Assembly: GCF_900289195.1 (NCBI RefSeq)
Contig: NZ_OMOH01000006.1
Span: 1-32,000, forward strand
Direction of reading: 5' to 3'
DNA from: Propionibacterium ruminifibrarum
Lineage (GTDB): Bacteria; Actinomycetota; Actinomycetes; Propionibacteriales; Propionibacteriaceae
Length of the DNA: 32,000 bases
Shown here: piece after piece, positions 15,635 to 25,853 of the stretch
Layout of the letters: the number at the start of each line of letters is the position of its first letter
Position numbering within the stretch: position 1 is the first letter of the stretch
Position numbers and translations under genes: made by a program
Notes under the pieces: model-generated
The model's database searches: none
Told to the model about the DNA's origin: nothing
Seen by the model: only the letters and a program-made list of their open reading frames with translations

Positions 15635-15638
15635 ACTC

Positions 15639-15932
15639 TCACACGAGCCACCACACCATCCTCTGAAGCATGACGACGGCGAGAAAGACGACCATGAAGG
15701 CGACGTCCAGACCGATGGTCCCGATCCTGATGGGCTTGATGTAGCGCCGCACGAACTTGATCGGAGGATCGGTCACCGTGTAGATCGCCTCGAATACCGC
15801 GGCCGCCGCGCCCCGGGGCCGGAAGTCGGGCACGAGCAGCGGGATCCAGCTGATGACCATGCGTGCGATGAGCACCCACAGGTAGATGCTGCACAGCATC
15901 GAGAGGAGACGGACGAGCAAGAACACGGGCAC
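15639..15932 (-). CDS. yggT: YggT/YlmG family membrane protein
   Basis: 97 aa with two hydrophobic helices and the YggT-like block YLWVLIARMVISWI. It occupies the canonical position between sepF and divIVA. The GTG start directly abuts the sepF stop. Confidence 0.85.
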   Translation of the reverse strand: MPVFLLVRLLSMLCSIYLWVLIARMVISWIPLLVPDFRPRGAAAAVFEAIYTVTDPPIKFVRRYIKPIRIGTIGLDVAFMVVFLAVVMLQRMVWWLV

Positions 15933-16466
15933 TCAGCTCTGGTTGAAGAAGCTGGGGCTGGCGAGCCGCTGCTTGTCCTCGGCAGTGACGTGGACGTTGC
16001 GCGGGCTGAGCAGGAAGACCTTGCTCGTGACGCGTTCGATGGAGCCTCGCAGGCCGAAGATGAGCCCGGCCGCGAAGTCGACCAGCCGTTTGGCGTCCGC
16101 GTCATCCATGTCGGTGAGGTTCATGATGACGGGGGTCCCCTCCCGGAAGCTCTCGCCGATGGTGCGCGCCTCGTTGTAGGTGCGGGGGCGGACCGAGATG
16201 ATGCGGGCGAGATCGGCGGGCTGCGATTCCTCGGCCTCGTCGTCGATGTCGTGGGAGGCACGATGCTCGTGCGAGCCGGGTGAGGCCGCCTGCTTGGGAC
16301 GCCGGTCGGGCAGCCGGGTGACGGTGGAGACCTGGACGGATTCCTCGGCCACCGCGTCGGTGTAGACCGAATCGGTGTAGTCGCCCCGCTCGGCAGGCTC
16401 CTCAGCGAAGCGGTCATCACTGACCAGACCCAGCCACACTGCGGCCTTCCTCATCGCTCCCGGCAT
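15933..16466 (-). CDS. sepF: cell division protein SepF
   Basis: The N-terminal membrane-targeting helix [15 protein letters not shown] resembles Streptomyces SepF (MAGAMRKMAVYLGLV). It has a disordered linker and the C-terminal FtsZ-binding domain ([22 protein letters not shown]...RLVDFAAGL). GAGGGGGA lies upstream. Confidence 0.9.
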   Translation of the reverse strand: MPGAMRKAAVWLGLVSDDRFAEEPAERGDYTDSVYTDAVAEESVQVSTVTRLPDRRPKQAASPGSHEHRASHDIDDEAEESQPADLARIISVRPRTYNEARTIGESFREGTPVIMNLTDMDDADAKRLVDFAAGLIFGLRGSIERVTSKVFLLSPRNVHVTAEDKQRLASPSFFNQS

Positions 16467-16529
16467 GCCGTCCCCCTCTGATCAGCCGCGGTTGTCCATG
16501 AATGACACGACTGGAATTAGGGTACCTGT

Positions 16530-17321
16530 TCAGCCCCTGCTATCGGAACGATCACCTCGCTCGGCGCGCCAGATCAGGCCGATCTGCCGGCCGGTGACGC
16601 CGCGGTCCCGCCGGTGGCTGAACAGCTGAGGCGTCGTGCGGGTGCACGGGTCGTGGTGCTCGACGCCGACGCCGTCGCGTTCCAGCACGGCGTGCACCCC
16701 GGCCCCCAGGTCGAGGGAGGGCGTGCCCCAGCTCGTCGTGGCGCCCAGCTCGGGGATGATCGCGCAGGATTCGGCCTGCATCTCGGGCGGCACCTCGTAG
16801 CAGTCGCCGCAGATGTGCGGGCCGACCCACGCGTGGATGCTCGTCGCACCGAGTTCACGCATCCGGCGGACCGTGGCCGCCAGAACCCCGGCCAGCAGGC
16901 CTCGGCGGCCGGCATGGGCGGCGCCGATGACGCCGGCCCGGGCGTCGGCGAGCAGGACCGGAACGCAGTCGGCCACTCGGATGGCCAGTGGTGCTCCGGG
17001 CAGGGCGGTGACCAGGGCGTCGGCCTCTGCCAGCGGGCGCCGGCTGGGTCCGCTGGCCCCCAGCCAGTCGTCCGGGCCGGGCAGGTCGGCTCGGGTGATG
17101 GTCTTGACGGTGGTGCCGTGCACCTGGTGGACGACGCTGATCGGCGCCAAGGCGAGCCTGGCGCGCAGGGCCGTCATGTTGGCGCTCAACGCGGCCGGGT
17201 CGTCCTCGCCAGCTCGTCCGAGGTTCAGTGCGGCGAAGGCGCCTTCGGAGGCCCCGCCCTCGCGGTCGGTGAAGGCCACGCCGACGCCGTCGGCGCCCGG
17301 CTCGCTGAGGAAGGCGAACAC
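16530..17321 (-). CDS. pgeF: peptidoglycan editing factor PgeF / YfiH (YlmD) laccase-domain protein
   Basis: 263 aa. Motifs: AFTDREGG.S...F..LNLG, QVHG, and C...H metal-ligand contexts (ADCVPV, HAGRRG, ICGDCYEV). It lies directly after ftsZ with a 7-nt gap. Confidence 0.88.
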   Translation of the reverse strand: MFAFLSEPGADGVGVAFTDREGGASEGAFAALNLGRAGEDDPAALSANMTALRARLALAPISVVHQVHGTTVKTITRADLPGPDDWLGASGPSRRPLAEADALVTALPGAPLAIRVADCVPVLLADARAGVIGAAHAGRRGLLAGVLAATVRRMRELGATSIHAWVGPHICGDCYEVPPEMQAESCAIIPELGATTSWGTPSLDLGAGVHAVLERDGVGVEHHDPCTRTTPQLFSHRRDRGVTGRQIGLIWRAERGDRSDSRG

Positions 17322-17328
17322 CGGCCCG

Positions 17329-18534
17329 TCACTTCATGAAGTCGGGAATGTCCAGGTCATCGTCGTCCTCGGCCGGCCCGGCGCCCTGTTCGGCCCCGAC
17401 CCCGGTACGGCGTGTCGGCTCCTCCTCGTTCTCGGCGGGGGCCTGCGACACGAACGACGTGCGGCCGGCAGAGCGCGCCGGCTGATTCTGCTCGGGACGT
17501 TCCTGGGCCGGGCGTTGCCCGGCGGGGCGGGTCTGCGGGCGGTCGGCCACCGCGGGACGACGGACCGGGACCGACTGTGAACTCTGGTCGCTGTCGAACC
17601 CGGCGGCGATGACGGTGACCCGCACCTCGTCGCCCAGCGCGTCATCGATGACGGTGCCGAAGATGATGTTGGCGTCCTCGGCGGCGGCCTCCTCGATGAG
17701 ATCCGCGGCCTCGGAGACCTCGAACAGGCCGAGGTCGGAGCCGCCCGCGATCGAGAGGAGAACACCCTTGGCCCCGTCGATGGTGGCCTCGAGGAGGGGA
17801 CTGTTGATGGCCTGCTCGGCGGCCGAACGGGCCCGGTCCTCGCCGCGCGCCGAGCCGATGCCCATGAGCGCGGATCCGGCGTCCTTCATGACCGATTTCA
17901 CATCGGCGAAGTCGAGGTTGATCAGGCCCGGCGTGGTGATGAGGTCGGTGATGCCCGAGACGCCCTGCATGAGCACCTGGTCGGCCTGCTTGAAGGAGTC
18001 GAGGATCGACATCTGACGGTCTGTCATCTCGAGCAGTTTCTCGTTCGGGATGACGATCAGCGTGTCGACTTCCTCGGACAGGCTCCCGATGCCCTCATCG
18101 GCCTGCCGGGCGCGACGCTTGCCCTCGAAACGGAACGGGCGGGTGACGACGCCGATGGTCAGGGCGCCCAGCGACCGGGCGATCTTCGCGACGACGGGGG
18201 CCCCGCCGGTTCCCGTGCCGCCGCCCTCCCCGGCGGTGACGAACACCATGTCGGCGCCCTTGAGGGTCTCCTCGATCTCGTCGGCGTGGTCCTCGGCCGC
18301 CTGCCGTCCGGTCTCGGGGTTGGCGCCCGCACCAAGACCCCTGGTCAGTTCACGGCCGATGTCGAGTTTGACATCGGCATCGCTCATGAGCAGCGCCTGC
18401 GCGTCGGTGTTGACGGCGATGAACTCGACCCCCTTGAGACCATCTTCGATCATGCGGTTGACGGCGTTGACACCACCACCACCGACGCCCACGACCTTGA
18501 TGACCGCCAGGTAGTTCTGGGACGCAGTTGCCAC
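17329..18534 (-). CDS. ftsZ: cell division GTPase FtsZ
   Basis: Motifs: [22 protein letters not shown] and the tubulin signature [13 protein letters not shown]. It has a long disordered linker and the conserved C-terminal peptide [10 protein letters not shown]. The track ORF extends to 18624. GTG 18534 gives (M)[13 protein letters not shown], like other actinobacterial FtsZ, with GAGG 9 nt upstream. ATG 18549 is an alternative start. Confidence 0.97.
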   Translation of the reverse strand: MATASQNYLAVIKVVGVGGGGVNAVNRMIEDGLKGVEFIAVNTDAQALLMSDADVKLDIGRELTRGLGAGANPETGRQAAEDHADEIEETLKGADMVFVTAGEGGGTGTGGAPVVAKIARSLGALTIGVVTRPFRFEGKRRARQADEGIGSLSEEVDTLIVIPNEKLLEMTDRQMSILDSFKQADQVLMQGVSGITDLITTPGLINLDFADVKSVMKDAGSALMGIGSARGEDRARSAAEQAINSPLLEATIDGAKGVLLSIAGGSDLGLFEVSEAADLIEEAAAEDANIIFGTVIDDALGDEVRVTVIAAGFDSDQSSQSVPVRRPAVADRPQTRPAGQRPAQERPEQNQPARSAGRTSFVSQAPAENEEEPTRRTGVGAEQGAGPAEDDDDLDIPDFMK

Positions 18535-18772
18535 GAGAGTCCGCCTCATTCCTCGGGAGCCGCCGGGACCGCCCCCACCATACCGACTTGCTGGATCGAG
18601 TGCGTCCTGGCAGCGAGCCGCCAAGACTGATGCTCAGGCTAGGGAAGGCGGGGGTCTTAGTCCAACAGCCTCGGCGTGTTCAGCTCAGAATCTAAACCTG
18701 TGGTCGAGACATTGAGTGCCGAACCGTGACGGCACCTGCCAGGGCCCGAGCCGGGCATGATCGGCGGCCCGG

Positions 18773-19492
18773 TCAGGAGGCAGCGGGCCTGGAGGGCGCC
18801 GAGACGTCGTAACTGGTGTAGTCCCCGCCCTGGGCCAGCAGGACATCGATGACGGAGGCCTTCTCGGCGGACTGCTCGGCGCTGCCCCAGAAGATGGTGA
18901 CGTTCCCGTCATCGATCCGGAAACTGATGGAGTCGGGAGAGTCGGCACCGACCTCGGTGAGCCGGTCGCGCACGGCCTGGGGCAGGGCGTTCGTCGCGGT
19001 GGCGACGTCGGCACGCAGATCCTGGTCGTCGGCGTCGGCGAGAGTGGCGATCGGTGCGGCGCCCCGGTCGGTGCTCGTGGCGAAGACGACGCCCTCGGCG
19101 TCAACCTGGCCGAAGCCGGCGCCCTGGGCGATCTGGTAGACGGCGGTGCGCTCGGTGACCTCGATGCGCACGGTACGCGGCCAGGCGCGCACCATTTCCG
19201 CGTCGGCAACGGTTGTCAGCTGCTTGACCCGGCCGGTGACCTCGTCGGCGTCGAGCCGGGCGAGCGGGGTGCCGGCTGGGACGGCCGCGGCGGCCACGAC
19301 GTCCTCGTCCGACGTCAGCGTCGTGCCGGTGACCTCGACGTCGCCGACCACGAGCAGCGGGGAGAACCCGACCAGCCAGACGAGCCCGGCCAGTACGAGC
19401 GCGATGATCGCGCCGAAGGCGATTCTCCTGTTGCGCCTGCGGGCCCTGGCCCGCTGCCGCACCCTCAGCGCCTGATCCAGGTCGGAGCTCAT
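18773..19492 (-). CDS. ftsQ: cell division protein FtsQ (POTRA domain)
   Basis: 239 aa. It has an Arg-rich cytoplasmic N-terminus, a single TM helix (IAFGAIIALVLAGLVWLVGF) and a POTRA-like block (VGDVEVTGTTLTSDEDVVAAAAV..GTPLARLD). It sits between murC and ftsZ, with an ATGA overlap on the murC stop. Confidence 0.85.
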   Translation of the reverse strand: MSSDLDQALRVRQRARARRRNRRIAFGAIIALVLAGLVWLVGFSPLLVVGDVEVTGTTLTSDEDVVAAAAVPAGTPLARLDADEVTGRVKQLTTVADAEMVRAWPRTVRIEVTERTAVYQIAQGAGFGQVDAEGVVFATSTDRGAAPIATLADADDQDLRADVATATNALPQAVRDRLTEVGADSPDSISFRIDDGNVTIFWGSAEQSAEKASVIDVLLAQGGDYTSYDVSAPSRPAAS

Positions 19493-20922
19493 GGCCGGTG
19501 CCCCGCGAGCCGGTCGAGCAGCGCCGGACCGGCCCGGGTGATGTCACCGGCTCCGATCGTCATGACGAGATCGCCGCCGCGCACGAGCGCGGCCAGCTCG
19601 CCGGGGAGGGCGGTCTTGTCCTGCACGTACCGCACGCGCGCGCCTGCCGCCCGCGCCGCGTCGGCGACGAGTTCACCGGTGACCCCGGGGATGGGTTCCT
19701 CACGAGCCGGGTAGACGTCGGTCACGACGACGAGGTCCGCCCGGGCCAGTGCCTGGCCGAAGGCGTCGGCGAAGTCGAGCGTCCGGCTGAACAGGTGGGG
19801 TTGGAAGCAGGCCACCAGCCGCCCCTGCCCGGCCACCCGGCGGCCTGCCGACAGGGCCGCGGCGATCTCGGTGGGATGGTGAGCATAGTCGTCGACGACG
19901 GTGACGGTTCCGCCGTCGAGTTCGGCGGTGCCCAGAAGCTGGAACCGGCGGTGGGTACCGGCGAATGACGTCGCACCGGCGCCCAGCGCGTCCTCGTCGA
20001 GGCCCAGCAGTTTCCCGACGACGAAGGCGGCGGCGGCGTTCTGCACGTTGTGGCGGCCGGGCACCGACAGGTTGAGGACGTGGTCGCTGCCGTCGTGGCT
20101 GAGTACCGCACGCCCGGTCATGCCGGAGAAGCCGATGTCGGTCAGGCGCGCGTCGGCGTCGTCCGCCTCGCCGTAGGTGATGACCCGGGCCGTCGTCGAG
20201 GGGTCGTGGCGCAGCCGTTCGGCCAGGGCCCGCGCTCCCGGGTCGTCGGCATTGACGACGACCTGCTCGACCGGTTCGGCCGTGGCGAACCGGTCGAAGC
20301 CGGCCGCGTAGTTCTCGGGGCTGCCCCAGTTGTCCAGGTGGTCGGCCTCGACGTTGGTGATCACGGCGATGTTCGTCGGGTACTGCAAGAAGGAGCCGTC
20401 GGACTCGTCGGCCTCGACGATGAAGCAGTCGCCGTGGCCGATGTGGGCGGACTGGCCCGTCGTGGCCAGCGGGGAACCGATGACGTAGCTCGGGTCGGCC
20501 CCGGCGGCCGCGACCATGGTGGCGATCATCGCGCTGGTCGTCGTCTTGCCGTGGGTGCCCGCCACTGCGACGGTGCGGTGGCCGAGCATGAGCGCGGCCA
20601 GCGCCGTGCTGCGGTGCCAGACTCGCAGCCCGGCCCGGCGGGCGGCCACGAGTTCGGGATTGTCCGCCTTGATGGCGCTTGAGACGACGACGGTGCTGAC
20701 CCCATCGAGCTGGGCCGGGTCGTGGCCGACGTGGGCGGGGATGCCCATCGCCGCCAGGTGCCTCAGGGTCGGCGAGTCGGCCTGGTCGCAGCCGCTGACC
20801 GGGATGCCCAGCTCGTGGTAGCCGATGGCGATGCCGCTCATGCCGGTGCCGCCCATGGCGATGAAGTGCAGGGCGCCCAGCTGATCGGGGGGCACGAGGT
20901 CGACGGGTTCACGAAGCGGCAC
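19489..20922 (-). CDS. murC: UDP-N-acetylmuramate--L-alanine ligase
   Basis: Motifs: HFIAMGGTGMSGIA and the Mur ligase P-loop AVAGTHGKTTTS. The 599-aa track ORF runs into murG in another frame. GTG 20922 has GGAGG 6 nt upstream and gives a protein of the typical 477 aa. Confidence 0.95.
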   Translation of the reverse strand: MPLREPVDLVPPDQLGALHFIAMGGTGMSGIAIGYHELGIPVSGCDQADSPTLRHLAAMGIPAHVGHDPAQLDGVSTVVVSSAIKADNPELVAARRAGLRVWHRSTALAALMLGHRTVAVAGTHGKTTTSAMIATMVAAAGADPSYVIGSPLATTGQSAHIGHGDCFIVEADESDGSFLQYPTNIAVITNVEADHLDNWGSPENYAAGFDRFATAEPVEQVVVNADDPGARALAERLRHDPSTTARVITYGEADDADARLTDIGFSGMTGRAVLSHDGSDHVLNLSVPGRHNVQNAAAAFVVGKLLGLDEDALGAGATSFAGTHRRFQLLGTAELDGGTVTVVDDYAHHPTEIAAALSAGRRVAGQGRLVACFQPHLFSRTLDFADAFGQALARADLVVVTDVYPAREEPIPGVTGELVADAARAAGARVRYVQDKTALPGELAALVRGGDLVMTIGAGDITRAGPALLDRLAGHRP

Positions 20923-22021
20923 GGCCCGCCTCCTCGAGGATGGTCTCGGCGACCCGCCGGGCGGCCCCGGGCGGCATGACCTCCTGGGCGGCGGCACCCA
21001 TCCGCTCCAGTCGCGCCCGGTCCCCCATGAGGGGAACGAGTTCGCCGACGAGCCGGTCACCGTCGAGTTCGGCATCGGGCACGAGCAGGGCGGCGCCCGC
21101 CTCGACGAGCGGTGCGGCATTGCGGGCCTGCTCGCCGTTGCCGATCGGCAGCGGCACCATGAGCGCGGGCAGGCCGACGGTGGCCGTCTCGACGACGGTG
21201 CCGGCGCCGGAGCGGCCCAGCATGAAGTCGGCGGCTGCGTAGGCGTTGTCCATGTCATGAACGTAGGCCAGCGGGTGGTAGCCGGCACCGGTCGACTCGT
21301 CGACGACGGCCTGGTCGTCGTGGAAGTTCTTCATGCCGAGCACGTGCAGCACCTGGATGCCGGCGGCCAGCAACGCGTCCCTCGCATCGGTGACGGCCCT
21401 GTTGATCGAGCGGGCCCCCGAGGAGCCGCCCGAGACGAGCAGGACGGGCAGGTCGTCACGCAGGCCGTAGCGGGCGCGGGCGGCCGCGCGGCGCGAGGCC
21501 CTGCCCTGCTCGGCCAGTTCGGCGATGGCCGAGCGCACCGGAAGACCCACCTGCCGGGCCCCCGGGAGCGGTGTGCCGGGGAAGGAGGTCAGGACCGCCG
21601 CCGCGAAGCGGGCGGCGACGCGGTTGGCCAGCCCGGGCAGGGCGTTCTGCTCATGGATGATCACGGGGATGCGCCTGCGGCGAGCCGCCAGGTAGGCGGG
21701 CATCGAGACGTAGCCGCCGAAACCGACGAGCGCCTCGGCGCGGGCGTCGTCGAGGATCCGGCCTGCCTGACGGACGGCCTCGCGGAGCCTGAAGGGCACC
21801 TTGAACAGGTCGCCGGTGACCCTGCGGGGCATCGGCACCGGCGGGATGAGACGCAGTTCGAGCCCGGCCTCGGGGATGACGCGGGTCTCGAGCCCCTTGG
21901 GGGTGCCGATGCACAGCACCGTACCGTGCGGGTCGAGTTGCTTCAGCTGCTCGGCGGTGGCGATGAGCGGCGAGGTGTGACCAGCCGTCCCACCCCCCGC
22001 CAGCACGACATTGACCATCAT
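20909..22021 (-). CDS. murG: undecaprenyldiphospho-muramoylpentapeptide beta-N-acetylglucosaminyltransferase
   Basis: It starts MMVNVVLAGGGTAGHTSP (the G-loop GGGTAGH) and has the C-terminal block LVSGGSSGARSIN...GRSGAGTVVE. Its ATG overlaps the ftsW stop (ATGA). The 709-aa track ORF is an out-of-frame read-through across ftsW. Confidence 0.95.
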   Translation of the reverse strand: MMVNVVLAGGGTAGHTSPLIATAEQLKQLDPHGTVLCIGTPKGLETRVIPEAGLELRLIPPVPMPRRVTGDLFKVPFRLREAVRQAGRILDDARAEALVGFGGYVSMPAYLAARRRRIPVIIHEQNALPGLANRVAARFAAAVLTSFPGTPLPGARQVGLPVRSAIAELAEQGRASRRAAARARYGLRDDLPVLLVSGGSSGARSINRAVTDARDALLAAGIQVLHVLGMKNFHDDQAVVDESTGAGYHPLAYVHDMDNAYAAADFMLGRSGAGTVVETATVGLPALMVPLPIGNGEQARNAAPLVEAGAALLVPDAELDGDRLVGELVPLMGDRARLERMGAAAQEVMPPGAARRVAETILEEAGRAAS

Positions 22022-23280
22022 CGTCCCTTTCCATCGACCACTGAGGTGACGCGCACCGTCCGCTCCCGGGTGGGCGTGCCGCGGCGCGCAAAGGCGGCCA
22101 TCGCCTCCGGCTCGTGACGTGCCGCCGCCAGCAGCACCCCGACCGCCATGAGGTTGGCGATGAGTGAGGAACCGCCATAGCTGATGAATGGCAGCGGCAC
22201 GCCCATGACGGGGATCATCCGCATGGCGACGGCGATGTTGCAGATGGCCTGGATGAGCAGCCAGGCGGTCACCGAGGCGGCGGACATGCGCCAGAAGACG
22301 CGCGTACTGCGGGCGGCGATGCGCATGCCGATCAGGCCGAGCCCGAGGAACAGCCCGATCACGACGATCGTGCCGAACAACCCCAGCTCCTCGCCGAGCA
22401 CCGCGAAGACGTAGTCGTTCAGTGCGCCGTCGTACAGGCCGCCCCACTTGGCCCTGCTGCGTCCCAGGCCGACGCCCCACCAGCCGCCGGTGGCCAGGGC
22501 GTAGACGGCGTTGAGCGGCTGCTCCGAGGTCCCGACGGTGTCCGAACCCGAGACGAGGGCCTGGATGCGCTGCACGCGCCCCGGGCTGGTCACGACCATC
22601 CCCGCGACGAGCAGCACGGCGGCCGTGATGACGGCGGCGAGCAGGTACCAGGGGGTGCCGATGAACCAGAACATCGCGAGCATGATCGCCAGCAGGATGA
22701 CGCCCGTCCCGAGGTCGTGCCCGCCGATGACGACCAGACCGATGATCGCGACGAAACCGAGGGCCGCCGGGATGAAGAGGGTGGCGGGCCTGGTCAGCTG
22801 CTTGTGCTTGACCGCGAAGATGCCCGCCGCCCACAGGATGAGGCCGAGCTTGGCGAATTCCGAGGGCTGCAGGCTGAGCGGCCCCATGTGGAGCCAGTTC
22901 CGGTTGCCCTTGTTCGACGCGCCGTCGGCCGCCTCCCCGAGGGGCGTGAAGACGACCAGGAGTTCGGCAAGGATCATCGCGATGACGAGCAGCCAGCCGA
23001 CCATGCTGAGCGTCTGCTCGCTGCGCCGCGAGATCCACCAGGCCAGCGGCACGCCGAGAGCCAGGTAGATCATGTGGCGACCGAAGAAGTAGTACGCGTT
23101 GCCCAGGTTCTCTGCGGCGTAGACGGACGACGAGCTGAGCACCATGAGCACGCCGAGACCGACGAGCAGCCCGGCGCAGGACATCACGAGGTAGTAGTCG
23201 GCGGCGGGGCGCATGAGCGCCTCGTGGAAGAGATCCGTGCCCCGGCCCGATCCCCGCGGCCGCTCACCGGACGCAGCCAT
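22018..23280 (-). CDS. ftsW: SEDS-family peptidoglycan glycosyltransferase FtsW
   Basis: 420 aa with about 10 hydrophobic segments. It has FtsW/RodA/SpoVE blocks (QPSEFAKL, GLGRS..K..YLP-like GLGRSRAKWGGLY, VPLPFISYGGSSL). It sits between murD and murG. Confidence 0.93.
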   Translation of the reverse strand: MAASGERPRGSGRGTDLFHEALMRPAADYYLVMSCAGLLVGLGVLMVLSSSSVYAAENLGNAYYFFGRHMIYLALGVPLAWWISRRSEQTLSMVGWLLVIAMILAELLVVFTPLGEAADGASNKGNRNWLHMGPLSLQPSEFAKLGLILWAAGIFAVKHKQLTRPATLFIPAALGFVAIIGLVVIGGHDLGTGVILLAIMLAMFWFIGTPWYLLAAVITAAVLLVAGMVVTSPGRVQRIQALVSGSDTVGTSEQPLNAVYALATGGWWGVGLGRSRAKWGGLYDGALNDYVFAVLGEELGLFGTIVVIGLFLGLGLIGMRIAARSTRVFWRMSAASVTAWLLIQAICNIAVAMRMIPVMGVPLPFISYGGSSLIANLMAVGVLLAAARHEPEAMAAFARRGTPTRERTVRVTSVVDGKGR

Positions 23281-23281
23281 G

Positions 23282-24754
23282 TCAGGAGCCCTGACCGGTC
23301 ATGGCCCGGACCGCCGCGGCGAAGTCGTCGCCGCGCTGGGCGTAGCCGGGCCACATGTCCTTCGAGGCGCACCCCGGGGCCAGCAGCACGGTGTCGCCGG
23401 GGACCGCCAGCTGGGCCGCGCGGCGCACGGCCTCGGCCATGAGAGACGTGTCGGCCCCGTCGAGGACGACGACCGGCACCTCGGGGGCGTGGGCGGCCAG
23501 CGCCTCGGCGACGAGCCGACGGTCTGCGCCCAGCAGGACGGCGCCGCGCAGCCGTTCGCGGTGCGCGGCGACCAGTTCGTCGAACGAGGTGCCCTTGGCC
23601 TGGCCGCCGGCGATCCACACGATGTGGTCGAAGGCCCGCATGGACGAGTTCGCGGCGTGCGGGTTGGTGGCCTTGGAGTCGTCGACCCACCGCACGCCAT
23701 CGGCCTCGGCGATCGTCTCGATGTGGTGGCCGCTCAGCCGCACGTCGCGCAGCCCCTGGGCGACGGCGCCGGCCGGGACGCCGGAGCTGCGGGCCAGGGC
23801 GGCGGCGGCCAGGGCGTTCTCGACGTTGTGCGGGGCGTACGGCTGGACGTCACTCAGCGAGGCGAGCGGCAGGGCCGAGGTCTGGCGCTGCCGGATGAAG
23901 GCCCGGTCGACGATCTGATCGTCCACGACACCCAGCTGCGCGACCGACGGAATCCCCAGGGTGAAGCCGATGGCGCGGGCGCCCTCGACGACGTCGGCGT
24001 CGGCGACCATCCGGCGCGTGGCGGGTTCGGCGACGTTGTACACGCACGCGTGGTGCACCTGGTTGAAGATGCGGGCCTTGTCCGCCCCGTAGGCGGCCAT
24101 CGCGGCGTCGGCGTCGCCGGCGTAGTCGTACCACTCGAGGTGGTCGGCGTGCAGGTTGAGGACGGCGGCCGAGTGCAGGGCCAGGGAGGGCGACCAGTGC
24201 AGCTGGAAACTCGACAGCTCGACGGCGAAGACCTCGTAGCCGGCCGGGTCGTTGATGGCCTCGATGATCGGGCGGCCGATGTTGCCGACGGCCGCCGACC
24301 TGAGGCCGGCCGCGCGCAGCATGGCGTCGAGCATCTGCGTGGTCGTCGTCTTGCCGTTGGTGCCGGTGACGCCCAGCCAGGTGATCCGGCGGTCCGCGGG
24401 CATGAGACGCCAGGCCAGCTCCGGTTCGCCCCAGATCGGCAGTCCGGCCCCGGCGGCCTGGGCGAGCAATGGCCAGTCGGGACGCCAGCCCGGTGACGTG
24501 ATGACCAGATCGGTCCCCTCGGGCAGGCGGGCGCTGGAACCGGGGCCGAGGCGGACCTCGGCCCCGAGGGTCTGCAGGATCCGGCCGTGCTCGTGGAGGG
24601 AGGGGCTCTCGGCGTCATCGAGCACGGTGACGGCGGCACCCAGCTCGAGCATCGCATCCGCCGCCGCGTATCCCGAGGTGCCCAGTCCTGCGACGACGAC
24701 ATGGGCCTGCTCCCACGGCGAGGTCCTGTCGGCAGTCGGCATCCAGTCCTTCAC
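23282..24754 (-). CDS. murD: UDP-N-acetylmuramoyl-L-alanine--D-glutamate ligase
   Basis: It has the N-terminal Rossmann block [14 protein letters not shown] and the Mur ligase P-loop [12 protein letters not shown]. It sits between mraY and ftsW. The ATG at 24742 is an alternative start. Confidence 0.95.
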   Translation of the reverse strand: MKDWMPTADRTSPWEQAHVVVAGLGTSGYAAADAMLELGAAVTVLDDAESPSLHEHGRILQTLGAEVRLGPGSSARLPEGTDLVITSPGWRPDWPLLAQAAGAGLPIWGEPELAWRLMPADRRITWLGVTGTNGKTTTTQMLDAMLRAAGLRSAAVGNIGRPIIEAINDPAGYEVFAVELSSFQLHWSPSLALHSAAVLNLHADHLEWYDYAGDADAAMAAYGADKARIFNQVHHACVYNVAEPATRRMVADADVVEGARAIGFTLGIPSVAQLGVVDDQIVDRAFIRQRQTSALPLASLSDVQPYAPHNVENALAAAALARSSGVPAGAVAQGLRDVRLSGHHIETIAEADGVRWVDDSKATNPHAANSSMRAFDHIVWIAGGQAKGTSFDELVAAHRERLRGAVLLGADRRLVAEALAAHAPEVPVVVLDGADTSLMAEAVRRAAQLAVPGDTVLLAPGCASKDMWPGYAQRGDDFAAAVRAMTGQGS

Positions 24755-24758
24755 GGTC

Positions 24759-25853
24759 TCACCAACCCCAGATCCAGCCGCCGTAGAACAGCGCGAGAGC
24801 CACCGCCACGCACACCCCGCAGATGATCCAGAAGCGGATCACCACCGTGACCTCATCCCAACCGACCATCTCGAAGTGGTGGTGGAGCGGGGCCATCTTG
24901 AACACGCGCTTGCCGTGCGAGAGCTTGAAGTAGCTCACCTGGATCATCACCGAGGCCGTCTCGATGACGAACAGCATGCCGAGCACGATGAGCAGCAGCT
25001 CGGTGCGGGTGTAGATCGCCAGGGCAGCCATCGCCGCGCCGAGCGCCAGCGATCCGGTGTCGCCGAGGAAGATCTTGGCCGGTTTGGCGTTCCACCACAA
25101 GAAGCCGAAGCAGGCCCCGGCCAGGGCGATGGACACCACGGCCAGGTCATTCGGGTCGCGCACGGTGAAGCACCGTGGACCGTGATTGCCCCCGGTGATG
25201 CACCACTGGTTGGTCTGGAAGATGCTGATGAGGGCGTAGGCCGCGAAGACCATCGTCGAGGCCCCGGTCGCCAAGCCGTCGAGCCCGTCGGTGAGGTTGA
25301 CGGCGTTCGAGCTCGCCGTGATGAGCAGGGTCATCCAGATGATCGCCACGACGACGGGCAGCCGCAGCCAGTTGATGTCGTGGACCAGGGAGATCGCGAC
25401 GGTGGCCGGCCGCGCCCCCACGTTCTTGGCGACCTCGGGGTCTGCTGCGGCCGGGAACATGAGCGAGGCGACACCGAACAGGACGCCGATGAGGCCCTGC
25501 CCGATCACCTTGCCGCGCGGCGTCAGACCGAGCGATCTCTGCTTGGAGATCTTCGTCCAGTCGTCGATGAAACCCACGAGACCCGTCGCGACGAACACGG
25601 CGAGCACGAGCAGCCCGGAGATCGTGACCGAGGAGCGGGAGATCAGGTGCGCCAGGAGGTAGGCCAGGACGACGGCGCCGATGACGATCACGCCGCCCAT
25701 GGTGGGCGTGCCCCGCTTGGTGCGGTGACCGGTGGGGCCGTCGTCGCGGATGAACTGGCCGTACCCGCGGTGCGCCAGGAAGACGATGAAGAAGCGGGTG
25801 CCCACGAGCGCGACGGCCATGGCGATGATGGCCGCCGTGAGAATCGTGATCAT
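24759..25853 (-). CDS. mraY: phospho-N-acetylmuramoyl-pentapeptide transferase
   Basis: 364 aa and polytopic. Motifs: [30 protein letters not shown] and APLHHHFE. There is an ATGA overlap with the murF stop. Confidence 0.97.
   Translation of the reverse strand: MITILTAAIIAMAVALVGTRFFIVFLAHRGYGQFIRDDGPTGHRTKRGTPTMGGVIVIGAVVLAYLLAHLISRSSVTISGLLVLAVFVATGLVGFIDDWTKISKQRSLGLTPRGKVIGQGLIGVLFGVASLMFPAAADPEVAKNVGARPATVAISLVHDINWLRLPVVVAIIWMTLLITASSNAVNLTDGLDGLATGASTMVFAAYALISIFQTNQWCITGGNHGPRCFTVRDPNDLAVVSIALAGACFGFLWWNAKPAKIFLGDTGSLALGAAMAALAIYTRTELLLIVLGMLFVIETASVMIQVSYFKLSHGKRVFKMAPLHHHFEMVGWDEVTVVIRFWIICGVCVAVALALFYGGWIWGW

Noticed and set aside
20923-21288. N-terminal 122-aa extension making murC a 599-aa protein (possible murG-murC fusion)
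   Set aside because: The extension is read from an alternative frame of murG and is Pro/Ser/Arg-rich. A GTG with a GGAGG Shine-Dalgarno at 20922 gives a normal-length MurC.
22022-23038. 709-aa ORF suggesting an extended or fused MurG
   Set aside because: The upstream 339 codons are an out-of-frame read through ftsW (R/G/H/D/P-rich). MurG clearly begins at MMVNVVLAGGGTAGH with an ATGA overlap on the ftsW stop.
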